Origin: a virus
Virus record (IMG/VR): IMGVR_UViG_3300048836_000098
Location: 1-64,000 of that record
Strand: one strand, 5' to 3'
DNA length: 64,000 nucleotides
The position numbers and the translations under genes are program-made. Positions 1 through 8,773 of the stretch are shown here, one piece after another; position 1 is the stretch's first letter, and each line of letters opens with the position of its first letter. The notes under the pieces are model-generated. The model made no database searches and was not told the origin of the DNA. It worked only from the letters and a program-made list of their open reading frames with translations.

Positions 1-656
1 GTCGGGCTATGTATTGACCGTGACGGTGCAAAAGTGTTCCGCATGACGCAAGCCGACATTGACAAACTTGTGAAGCGTTTACCCGCATACATGCAAGCAG
101 AAACGATAAAGGTATAAGGGGGTTTAATTATGAATCACTATGTAGAATGCCGCAGCCGCAAACTTGAAAATGAAATATTTGTTACTAGGTTTTCAGGGTT
201 TAATGGACTTTCTCGCGATATTGCGCAAGAAGTTTTTGAGCGCGAATGCAAAAACGGTCACGATGCAGTATATCTTTGCAAACTTTCTCGCGGGTGTGAT
301 GTGACAATTAAAGCATGGTACAAGGAGGCAACCGCATGACCAATATTATCAACCGTCTCTCAATCGCGCTGTATCTAGCTATGAACCATAAGAAAGCGAG
401 GAAGTTTGCATGAAAGACCTTTATGAAATGACAAAGCAGGAACTCGTTGAGAAGGTTATGGCGTTTGACAGCCGTGAAACTCTAAAGCGCGCAAAAAGTC
501 AAAGCAAAGCGGTGCTTATTAATTGGATTGAGATGTACCGGAAATATAACGCGCTCTCTTGCAAGAACTGCATTAAGCGAGGGAAAACTTGCCCTTGGGA
601 CGGATCATATCAGCACAAGGACGCGAACGGAAACGAGATCGGAATCTGCAACGCTT

Positions 657-1013
657 ATGAGTGAAAAGGAGATTAGCATGACCGATAACCCCGCAACCGT
701 CATAACAGAAGAACCGACAACCGACAAGAAACCATTTGTACTGCGAGAAGGCACTAGCGGGAACGGCATAACTATAACGTTTCGCATATCTCCGGCACAG
801 CTTGAACGCCTTATGAGAATCTATGCTATGAGGGGCAGAAAGAGCCGGAGCGCGGTTATACGCCTATTGCTGAACCTCGGCATTGAAGCGTATGAAGCTA
901 ACCCGAAGTTTCAAAAGCAACTCGCGCAGTTATCCGACAAGGAACAGAAAGCAGAAGCAAAACGGAACAACGAACTCCGCTCGGAGATTTTAGGAAGATT
1001 GAAAGGGGTATGA
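657..1013 (+). CDS. Ribbon-helix-helix (CopG/Arc-like) DNA-binding protein
   Basis: ITFRISPAQLERLMRIY...SRSAVIRLLL pattern (beta strand plus two helices). Probable start is the ATG at 657 or 678, not 528. Confidence 0.6.
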   Translation: MSEKEISMTDNPATVITEEPTTDKKPFVLREGTSGNGITITFRISPAQLERLMRIYAMRGRKSRSAVIRLLLNLGIEAYEANPKFQKQLAQLSDKEQKAEAKRNNELRSEILGRLKGV

Positions 1014-1338
1014 ACCTAAAGTCATTATCAGCTAAAGCCCGTTCGTTTGGGCGGGCTTCATGGTGCTAATGGCATCAAATTAAGCAGGAGGAAATTATCA
1101 TGGAATCAAAGCAATACACAGTCGTTGAGGCGTGCAACAACGGAGATATATTCAAGACCAATTTCGAATACCTTTCGGACGCTAACAAATTCGCTTTTAA
1201 CTGCTGGGAAAACCTGACCAACGACGAGAAGAAGAACTGGCACATTTACGTCGGAATAGTTTATTCTTACGAAGATGGCGGCATGGATATCGATATTCCC
1301 AACGGTGCGTTCGACTTTCACGAAACGAGGGCAAAATA

Positions 1339-1566
1339 ATGCAGATGCGTGAAATTCACCCCGAAATATTGAAAGCTATGAAGGAGCGCTACAAGGCCGG
1401 AACTCGCGTTAAGCTGAATTACATGAACGATGTTATCTCTAGCGTTCCTGATGGAACTTTGGGGACGGTGGTATGCGTGGACGATGTTGGAACTATTCAC
1501 GTAAACTGGGATAACGGACGGACGCTCGGTGTCGTTTACAGGGAGGATTCATGTTCGATAATTTAA
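1339..1566 (+). CDS. DUF4314-like small phage protein
   Basis: GTRVKLxxMxD...GTLGTVxxVDDxGTIHVxWDNGxxLGV pattern. Confidence 0.7.
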   Translation: MQMREIHPEILKAMKERYKAGTRVKLNYMNDVISSVPDGTLGTVVCVDDVGTIHVNWDNGRTLGVVYREDSCSII

Positions 1567-1629
1567 CCCGCCTGATGATGGTTCGATGGTGACGAGCCGA
1601 AACTCCCTTATGGGGTCGCGGGAAACCGT
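1567..1629 (+). ncRNA. Hammerhead ribozyme (type I, loop II-3' tail pseudoknot)
   Basis: Stem I CCCGC(1567-71)/GCGGG(1618-22); core CTGATGA(1572-78); stem II GGTTCG/CGAGCC; GAAA(1599-1602); stem III CTCC/GGGG; GTC cleavage triplet (1615-17); loop II ATGGT can pair with ACCGT (1625-29). Intergenic. Confidence 0.85.
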
Positions 1630-1868
1630 AAAATAAAAAACGGAGGAAAGATACCATGTTGAACAGCAAAAGCAAGAACGACCGTATGAACCGCGCAGGA
1701 GCGCAGAAACCGACGAATTACCGCAAGGCATACAACGGCATTGTCAAGCAGTATGAAACGCCGACAGCCGCGCCGAAGATGGTCAGAACGCGCTTATACT
1801 CGGCGGCAAGCATTGACGTATGAATTACTCGTTTTCGCCCATCTCGGTCAATCCTGAACACATTTCTG

Positions 1869-1897
1869 TTGATTGATTTGGTTGTTTGTGGTATAAT
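1869..1897 (+). promoter_or_regulatory. sigma-A promoter with extended -10
   Basis: TTGATT-17 nt-TATAAT with TGTGG immediately before the -10; upstream of the gene run that contains the RAMP gene. Confidence 0.7.
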
Positions 1898-2734
1898 GTG
1901 AACGATATGAAAGGATGGTGTGATTTATGATCGAAATCGTTAAACAGCAGGAGCTAGACATGCGCGAAGGAACTGATTGCGCGTTCTGGGAAACAGTGGT
2001 CATGACGAGGTTTATGGACTTCATCGTGGTAGAAAAGTATAGGCGTTCGTCTGGTTGGTTCGGCACGGAAATCGATATCAGGCTTCGGGCGTGGTTCAAG
2101 GACGGCGAAGAAGCGAGAGCCGATAAGTGGTATGAGTTGCTTTGCGCAGGAGAAGAATATTGCCTCGAAGATAAGATGCGAGAGGCGTTTGATTCCGAAC
2201 AGGAGGTACAATGATCGCTATATTTGTCTTGCTCGCAGGATTTGCGATGGTGTGTTTTGCATGACAGGAAAGGATAAACCAGTATGACTATTGACAATAT
2301 CGTTATTTCGTTCGCATGCTTTGCTCTCGCAGTGCTCAATGTTTTTGTTTCGGAGTTATCTCACATCGACGGAAAGCGCGTGATCGAATCGATGTTAATG
2401 GGCGACGCTCTGATGTTTGCTTTTCTTGGAGCGTTTGCGCTGATTCCATGTTGAGGACGGTTGAATTTTCAGATTCTAAGGACTTCGCAGAACGAATGAT
2501 GAAAGATTTAGCGGATCGCAAAAAGGCTTATGACCGTTTGGATCGCGACCTTGCTTTCGATCATCATCGGAGACAGCAAAAGAAATTGCGTCGTTATGGC
2601 GCGTACAGATGGAGGTAAACATGAAACTCGAAGATAGGCGCATGGGCGCAATCGTTGCAATCGTCATCATGTGCGTTATGGCGGCGGTTTGTCTGGTGAT
2701 GTTTATCAAGGAACTATTTTAAGGAGGAAACAAA

Positions 2735-3088
2735 ATGAAATCAATCTATAATGCCAGAATCAAAAGCACGTCTCTCGGCACGGAGGATCACGGAATATTG
2801 ACGTTCTACTTGCACCTCGAATGGAACGGCGGTGGATGTGGTTTCGGCGGGTACGCGCTTGACGAATATGACAAGGCAATGGACAAGCGGATTGCTACAG
2901 CTCGTGGGTTGCAATGTATTCAAGAAGTCATGCGCGTGGTTGGCGTTAGCTCATGGGAGTCGCTTGCGGGTAAATATATCCGCGTTGAGCAAGACGATTC
3001 AGAATATACAATTCACAAAATCGGCAATCTGATGGAAGATAATTGGATCGACCTTAAAACATTCTGGAAATCGGATAAGGAGGGTTAA
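2735..3088 (+). CDS. Phage hypothetical protein immediately upstream of the RAMP gene
   Basis: Strong RBS (AAGGAGG); 117 aa with GCGFGGY motif; 4 nt gap to the next ATG. Confidence 0.7.
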   Translation: MKSIYNARIKSTSLGTEDHGILTFYLHLEWNGGGCGFGGYALDEYDKAMDKRIATARGLQCIQEVMRVVGVSSWESLAGKYIRVEQDDSEYTIHKIGNLMEDNWIDLKTFWKSDKEG

Positions 3089-3092
3089 TTTT

Positions 3093-3716
3093 ATGAAATC
3101 AATCAAAGCACGAATCACATTCACAGAAGAAGTTCTCGGAACATGCGCGGGTGATCCTAGAATCCATGAAGAGTTCATTGCATCAAAAGCCCCGAACGCT
3201 CTGAATATGGAAGAAGAAGTTGCCGCGCTCGGTGTAGATGAAGTTGTCAAGAACGGCATGACGGTATTCCCGCGAGACAATCAAGACCGACCGTTTCTCT
3301 ACGACTACCAGATCAAAGGTTTCTTTAAGGACGCATGTTCGATGTTGTCAAGATGCTCCAGCAAGGACGCGAACGGCAAAAAACAGGCGGTCAACGAATC
3401 GTCCAAGATCACGGCATTCAAAAAGGTGATCGACGGTATGATTTTCGTAACACCAAGACAGATTCCGTTCGTGTTCGATGGTGCTGTTGGGAACTGCCAG
3501 CGACCACTCAGAGCGCAGACGGCACAGGGTGAGCGAATCGCCCTTGCAAACAGCGAAACCATTCCTGCGGGCGCGTACATTGACGTTGAGATCGTTCTGT
3601 TGAATGAAGCGTATGAATCGGCTGTCATGGAATGGCTGGACTACGGCAAATGGCGCGGCATTGGTCAGTGGCGAAATTCCGGCAAGGGCGCGTTTACTTA
3701 CGAATTGCTGAAATAG
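3093..3716 (+). CDS. Stand-alone Cas7/RAMP-superfamily protein (Vipr-like), putative RNA-binding effector
   Basis: 207 aa. N-terminal beta strand ARITFTEEVLG; PFLYDYQIKGFFKDAC resembles the RAMP P-x-I-x-x-S-x-x-KG-x-x-R helix motif; C-terminal glycine-rich loop GKWRGIGQWRNSGKGAF followed by a final strand. No other cas gene in the window. Confidence 0.8.
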   Translation: MKSIKARITFTEEVLGTCAGDPRIHEEFIASKAPNALNMEEEVAALGVDEVVKNGMTVFPRDNQDRPFLYDYQIKGFFKDACSMLSRCSSKDANGKKQAVNESSKITAFKKVIDGMIFVTPRQIPFVFDGAVGNCQRPLRAQTAQGERIALANSETIPAGAYIDVEIVLLNEAYESAVMEWLDYGKWRGIGQWRNSGKGAFTYELLK

Positions 3717-4140
3717 TTGCGACGGCAAATCCTTGCATCGTGAGCAACAGCACAGCAAGGAACTGAATATCTCCGCAAAGGCATTTGAATAGCGATACAA
3801 GGCAACGGCACTGTACGGACGAGCAGGGACTGCACGGCAATGGAAGAGTTCGGAAGGGCAGAGTTAGCAAAGGCAACGCTTAGAATCGAGAGGCGATGGA
3901 GTAGCAAGCCGAAGAGAAGCGCAGCAAAGGCAAGGCGTTGAAACGGATAGCAAAGGCAAGGCACCGTCTAGCACAGCGAGAGCGAGGCATGGCGGAGCGT
4001 AGCAACAGCATGGCAATGATTGGAGAAGCGGAGTTCGCAACGGATTAGCCAAGCATTGAGTCGCAAAGCAACAGAGAGGCATAGACCAGAATTGAATCGC
4101 AACAGCATAGCTTGTCTAGGCATGCATAGCCATGGCACAG
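3717..4140 (+). repeat. Degenerate 5-nt-periodic array (NG[C/A]-NN) punctuated by 6-nt GCRAnR units; candidate guide-RNA array
   Basis: Anchors at 3719,3744,3775,3802,3837,3867,3893,3924,3950,3976,4002,4037,4068,4099,4129. Between anchors a G falls about every 5 nt, e.g. gcaaag-gcaag-gcacc-gtcta-gcaca|gcgaga-gcgag-gcatg-gcgga-gcgta. Begins 2 nt after the RAMP stop. Confidence 0.85.
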
Positions 4141-4145
4141 ACCTC

Positions 4146-4174
4146 TTGACAACCTCGCGCACTTGCTATATTCT
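4146..4174 (+). promoter_or_regulatory. sigma-A promoter bounding the 3' end of the array
   Basis: TTGACA (4146-51), then TGcTATATT / TATTCT at 15-17 nt spacing. Confidence 0.55.
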
Positions 4175-4181
4175 TTTATTT

Positions 4182-4279
4182 GGGACGCAAACCATTCACG
4201 GTGGCGCGATCCAAGTGAATACGGCTCGTCCCCTCAAAGTCCGCAACGGTGTGCCGTGAACACACCCGAAGCGGATTTT
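4182..4279 (+). ncRNA. Candidate two-hairpin structured RNA or leader
   Basis: GGGACG/CGTCCC, ATTCAC/GTGAAT and TGG/CCA nested; second hairpin AAAGTCCGC/GCGGATTTT plus GGTGTG/CACACC ending in a T run. Confidence 0.5.
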
Positions 4280-4362
4280 CTTGTTGAGAAAAGTATATAT
4301 TATTTTGATTTTGCTATTTACAAGCACTTCCAAGTATGTTATAGTAAGTATAGGAGAACGAA

Positions 4363-4536
4363 ATGAAGATTCCGAAAGCGGCAATCGCATTAAATCGTAG
4401 TACAAAGACAATCCGCACTTGGATTAAGAGCGGTATTCTTCATGCTACAAAGTTGGGAAGAGATTGGGAAATCTCCGAAGAAGAAGTTGACCGGATTAAG
4501 CGCGACGGTCTGGAACTCAAACGGCAAGATGAATAA
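4363..4536 (+). CDS. HTH_17/excisionase-like DNA-binding protein (57 aa, not in ORF track)
   Basis: RBS AGGAG; MKIPKAAIALNRSTKTIRTWIKSGILHATKLGRDWEISEEEVDRI. Confidence 0.75.
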   Translation: MKIPKAAIALNRSTKTIRTWIKSGILHATKLGRDWEISEEEVDRIKRDGLELKRQDE

Positions 4537-4545
4537 GGAGATTAT

Positions 4546-5358
4546 ATGAATACTGATATTCAAATTTTTAACAACGAACAATTTGGGAACGTTCGGGTTA
4601 TTGATCTAGGCGGTGAACCGTGGTTTGTTGCCAAAGACGTTTGCGAGGCGTTCAATGACACAAACCACATCAGAAGCGTTGGCCGGATCGATGATTCCGA
4701 TAAATGCGTGATTCAGGTTATTGACAACCTCGGAAGAACACAGAGCGCAACAGCGGTAAATGAGTCTGGATTATACTTGCTATTGTTCGGAATGCAACCG
4801 CAAAAGGCAAACAATAGTGGGGTGTCCGATGCGTACCCCATCGAGGTTCAGAAAAGAATCGATAGGTTGCGAGATTTTAAGCGGTGGATTACTCACGATG
4901 TTCTTCCATCTATTCGCAAGCACGGCATGTACGCAAAGGACGAACTACTCGACAATCCCGACCTGCTGATTGAGGTTGCAACCAAGCTAAAGCAGGAACG
5001 CGACGCTAGACTTTCCCTCGAAGCAGAGAACGCCGCTATGCTTCCAAAGGCAGATTTCTACGACGCGGTAATCGAAAGTTCCGACACCATCGAAATGGCA
5101 ACCGTCGCAAAGATTCTGAATGTTGGGATCGGTCGCAATAGACTGTTTGAAATTCTACGTGAACAAAAGATTCTTAGGGATGATAACACCCCATTGCAGA
5201 ATTACGTCGATCTTGGTTGGTTCAAGTGCGTCGAGAGCAAATACACTAAACCAGACGGCGGAACATTCATCAACGTCAAGACCGTCGTTTATCAAAAAGG
5301 TATCGATGGAATATTAAAGTTGCTTAAAGATAAATATAATTTGAAACCGATTGTTTGA
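4546..5358 (+). CDS. Phage antirepressor (BRO-N plus KilAC/ANT)
   Basis: IQIFNNEQFGNVRVI..EPWFVAKDVC; FKRWITHDVLPSIRKHGMY; PKADFYD..IGRNRLFEILR. Confidence 0.92.
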   Translation: MNTDIQIFNNEQFGNVRVIDLGGEPWFVAKDVCEAFNDTNHIRSVGRIDDSDKCVIQVIDNLGRTQSATAVNESGLYLLLFGMQPQKANNSGVSDAYPIEVQKRIDRLRDFKRWITHDVLPSIRKHGMYAKDELLDNPDLLIEVATKLKQERDARLSLEAENAAMLPKADFYDAVIESSDTIEMATVAKILNVGIGRNRLFEILREQKILRDDNTPLQNYVDLGWFKCVESKYTKPDGGTFINVKTVVYQKGIDGILKLLKDKYNLKPIV

Positions 5359-5372
5359 GTAGGGGTATCTAT

Positions 5373-5942
5373 ATGTCTGAAAGAAAACCCATATCAAAGA
5401 AATTGCGCTTTGAGATATTCAAGCGCGATGGATTTACTTGCCAGTATTGCGGAAAGATGTCGCCTGACGTTGTGCTAGAGGTTGATCACATTAAGCCAGT
5501 TGCAAGCGGTGGCAAAAACGACATGCTCAACCTTGTTACGGCGTGTTTGTCATGCAATCGCGGTAAGGGTGCAACCGAATTAAAAGACGAATCAATGGTG
5601 ATTAAGCAACAGAAGCAGCTTACCGAAGCAAACGAAAGACGGTTGCAGTTGCAAATGATGCTTGAATGGAAAGCGGAACTTGCTCGTCTTGTTGAGGATC
5701 AAGTGGATTATATCTGTGGCGTTTTCTTTAGTACCTATAAGCACGTATTGCAGGATCACGAGAGGCAGAATATAAAGTCACTAATAAATCGGTTTGGATT
5801 TAACGATGTTTGCGAGGCTGTTGACATTTCAATATTGAAATACAATTATTATTATTACGCACTTGAAAAACTTGGCGGCGTTTGCTATAACCGTAAAAAC
5901 GGAATAAGGAGTGTTAAACATGGCAATCAAACGAATCGTTAG
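5373..5942 (+). CDS. HNH endonuclease-domain protein
   Basis: RDGFTCQYCG...LEVDHIKP...NLVTACLSCNRGKG. Confidence 0.88.
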   Translation: MSERKPISKKLRFEIFKRDGFTCQYCGKMSPDVVLEVDHIKPVASGGKNDMLNLVTACLSCNRGKGATELKDESMVIKQQKQLTEANERRLQLQMMLEWKAELARLVEDQVDYICGVFFSTYKHVLQDHERQNIKSLINRFGFNDVCEAVDISILKYNYYYYALEKLGGVCYNRKNGIRSVKHGNQTNR

Positions 5943-6738
5943 TACAGAATTTTGGACGGATAAGAAGGTTGTTGAGCAATTCACGCCAGAGGATAAGCTA
6001 TTTTTCCTTTATCTTTTGACAAATCCTCACACTACGCAGCTTGGAATTTATCCGTTTATACCTAAGATCGCGGCGTTTGAAATTGGATATAGCAAAGATA
6101 CCGTGTTGAACCTTATCGAAAGATTTGAGAAATATGGCTTAATTAGATATTCAAACGTCAGCAGTGAGATTGCCGTTAAAAATTATCTAAAGCATTCAAT
6201 CGTCAAGGGCGGCACTCCCGTTTACGATCTTTTAGTCAAGGAGTCGAATCTGGTTAAAGATAAGTCATTGCTTAGATTTGTATTGTCTGCCAATAACGAT
6301 AGTTTGAATGATACAGTTCGTAAGTTTATCTCTGATACGGAAAAAGACAATGATAACGAAAAAGATAATGACAATGACAATGAGGATTCGTACCACGAAT
6401 CGTATGACGAATCGTTAAGCGATAATAACAATAATGACGATTTCGACGTTTTCTGGAAAGCGTACCCTGTTAAAAAAAGCAAGCAAGATGCAAGAAAAGC
6501 GTTTGATGCTTTAGGTAAAAAAAAGGATTCTCCAACAATCGAACGGCTAGTAGCATCGGTTGAGACGCATAAAAAATCCATTAGCTGGCAAAAAGACGGA
6601 GGACAGTTTATCCCACACCCTGCGACCTATTTGCGAAAAGGAATGTACGATGACGAATTAAGCGCGTCGGCTGGATCGACAAATCAAATTACATCAGGAT
6701 TTTTTACAAACATAGCAAAGGAGCTTGGAGAGAAATGA
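5920..6738 (+). CDS. Phage replication initiator
   Basis: RIVSTEFWTD..PEDKLFFLYLLTNPHT N-terminus; FDVFWKAYPVKKSK...FIPHPATYL C-terminal domain; D/N-rich linker. Confidence 0.85.
   Translation: MAIKRIVSTEFWTDKKVVEQFTPEDKLFFLYLLTNPHTTQLGIYPFIPKIAAFEIGYSKDTVLNLIERFEKYGLIRYSNVSSEIAVKNYLKHSIVKGGTPVYDLLVKESNLVKDKSLLRFVLSANNDSLNDTVRKFISDTEKDNDNEKDNDNDNEDSYHESYDESLSDNNNNDDFDVFWKAYPVKKSKQDARKAFDALGKKKDSPTIERLVASVETHKKSISWQKDGGQFIPHPATYLRKGMYDDELSASAGSTNQITSGFFTNIAKELGEK
6340..6440 (+). repeat. Probable replication origin repeats within the initiator gene
   Basis: GAAAAAGAYAATGAYAA tandem repeats; GATTCGT-acc-ACGAATC inverted repeat; ACGAATCGT direct repeats (6395, 6407). Confidence 0.5.
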
Positions 6739-7127
6739 ACACCGAAGAATTATGCCAGATTTTTGAGAAATTGGCGAGTCTTTATCCGAACGATAGAACT
6801 TTTACGAGATCAAAAGAAGACATAACTGCAACTATAGTCCTTTGGCAAGAAGCACTTGTTGACGTGACTTTCGACTGCGCCACTAGGTTTCTAACGGATC
6901 ACGTTCGCAGAAGTCAGTATATGCCAGCCGTTTGTGACTTCTATCAATTCCACAAACAAGAACTTATCGACAAGCGCATGCGGATCGAATCAACGCAGGA
7001 GAGCTACATCAACGACGGAAGAAACGTATTGCTTGAAACCGCGAGGATGATGTACGAGCAAGGGCTGATCACGAACCCGTTCAAGAAGAAAGCGGCAGAA
7101 CAGAAAGTGGAGGAGGAAAAGGAATGA
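6735..7127 (+). CDS. Helicase loader/inhibitor-like protein (G39P-like)
   Basis: Position after the initiator; LASLYPN...LWQEALVD...SQYMPAVCDF pattern. Confidence 0.55.
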   Translation: MNTEELCQIFEKLASLYPNDRTFTRSKEDITATIVLWQEALVDVTFDCATRFLTDHVRRSQYMPAVCDFYQFHKQELIDKRMRIESTQESYINDGRNVLLETARMMYEQGLITNPFKKKAAEQKVEEEKE

Positions 7128-7639
7128 TTTGGTTTATTATTGGGATCGCAGTTGCAATTTGGTTGACCGTTCGTTCGTGGGTAGATAACTTCTGGTTTGA
7201 GACGGTCATCGGACACATCATCGGAAACATCGGTCAATTGGTAATGTGCTTACTATGCGCGTTGATTGTGTGCGTGATAAGCAGTTTTATCGCAACAGAT
7301 TCCGTTGAGGATTTCACCAAGAAAGAAACGTCGCAAGAGATTTACGCCTTGTCGGATAATATCGGAAGCGAAGGATCGTTCTTTCTTGGAACTGGTCAGG
7401 TCGGTAGCGATATCTCGTACTACTATGTTGTAGATTCTGAAAACGGCAAGCACATTGAATCTGTTAAGCGCGAAAACGCATACGTCAAATACGGAGACGA
7501 ACATACGGTAACCATCGTTTCTTACGAGTTTGAAAATAAAGCATTGCACTGGATCGCGTTCTCAACCAAAGAAAATGACTATATATTTCGCGTTCCAGAG
7601 GGGACAATTACAAGCTCATTCCAGATCGACTTGAATTAA
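7124..7639 (+). CDS. Membrane-anchored phage protein
   Basis: Two N-terminal hydrophobic segments; GSFFLGTG motif. Confidence 0.6.
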   Translation: MIWFIIGIAVAIWLTVRSWVDNFWFETVIGHIIGNIGQLVMCLLCALIVCVISSFIATDSVEDFTKKETSQEIYALSDNIGSEGSFFLGTGQVGSDISYYYVVDSENGKHIESVKRENAYVKYGDEHTVTIVSYEFENKALHWIAFSTKENDYIFRVPEGTITSSFQIDLN

Positions 7640-8773
7640 GGAGGAAAACAAAATGCTTGACAACGATACCTTACTACGCCTATTCAAGTGCTTCCCAAAC
7701 TCGTTCTTGAATTCGCAGTTGGAGTTTATAGCGGATTTGAAATCGAACACATACTTTCAGCTATCGGATTGCGAAACGGAATTTCAGGTCAAGAAGAAAG
7801 TCATCCAGCGGTTGAGCAGAGCGGCTTTTAAGTCAGAGCCGTATCAGACGATGATTGCGAACGAACGTTTTCATAAGCGCATTGCAAGAGGCATAAACGA
7901 CTTTCTTGACACTGATTGGGATTGCGACGATTTTGAGATCATCTACACCAAACTCGGAAATGGTTGCAACGATAATTTGTGCGAGGCGTTTATCAACAGC
8001 GGGTACGAATTGGATGTTTTGAAAGGAGAAAAGGTATGAACGGAAATAATGTTTACGATTCGGACGATTGCGAGTTTCAGAAACAGGTGTCAGATTTGTT
8101 GGTTGGGAAAGCCATCGTCAAGGTTGAATCGTTTGGTGACGCAGATGCAGAGCTGACGTTAAGCGATGGAACGGTTCTATTCGCTGAAGGAAACACGGGT
8201 TGTGGTGGGTGTAACAACGGATGGTATGAACTCAAAGAACTGAACGGATGCGAAAATGCCATCACGCGTGTTGAAGCAAGTGACGATGGCGAAACGTACA
8301 ACCTATTCGTGTATGCCGAAAACAAGAAAATCACGTGCCTGTCCTACGAAGGGTACGACAACGGATACTACGGAACGGGATACACAATCGCGGTACGTCC
8401 GAAAAAGGAGGAACCCACATGTGCGCAGGACTGACCACCGAACAACTAGCCATCATCGGTCTATACGCATTTGCAACGGTTGCCGCAGTAATCATGCTTG
8501 TTGTGACGCTTACTGTGATTAAGGCTATTTTGAGGATTGGAGGACATGACGGTGGGCGGATTTCTCGATTCGATTCGCATAAAAGCAGGACTCCCGCAAA
8601 AAACCATTGACGATACGGGAATCTGCCAGACATGCGGAAGTCTGTGCGCGGTCACCGAAACACTGATCGGATGTGAGGCGCACGACAAACTAATCATTCC
8701 AGAATTTCCGCCGTATTCAAATCCAAAGTTCAAGTGCGGAGATTGGAAACCGAATAAAAGAGCGGAGGTATAA

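Noticed and set aside
3717-4140. Canonical CRISPR array next to the Cas7-like gene
   Set aside because: There is no identical 23-47 nt direct repeat with unique spacers; conservation is limited to a short anchor and 5-nt phase.
3694-4259. Short ORFs over the array (3694-3876, 3698-3964, 3864-4082, 3968-4162 minus; 4020-4259 plus)
   Set aside because: Low-complexity L/C/P/A-rich translations with no RBS, mostly antisense to the operon; best explained as by-products of the periodic sequence.
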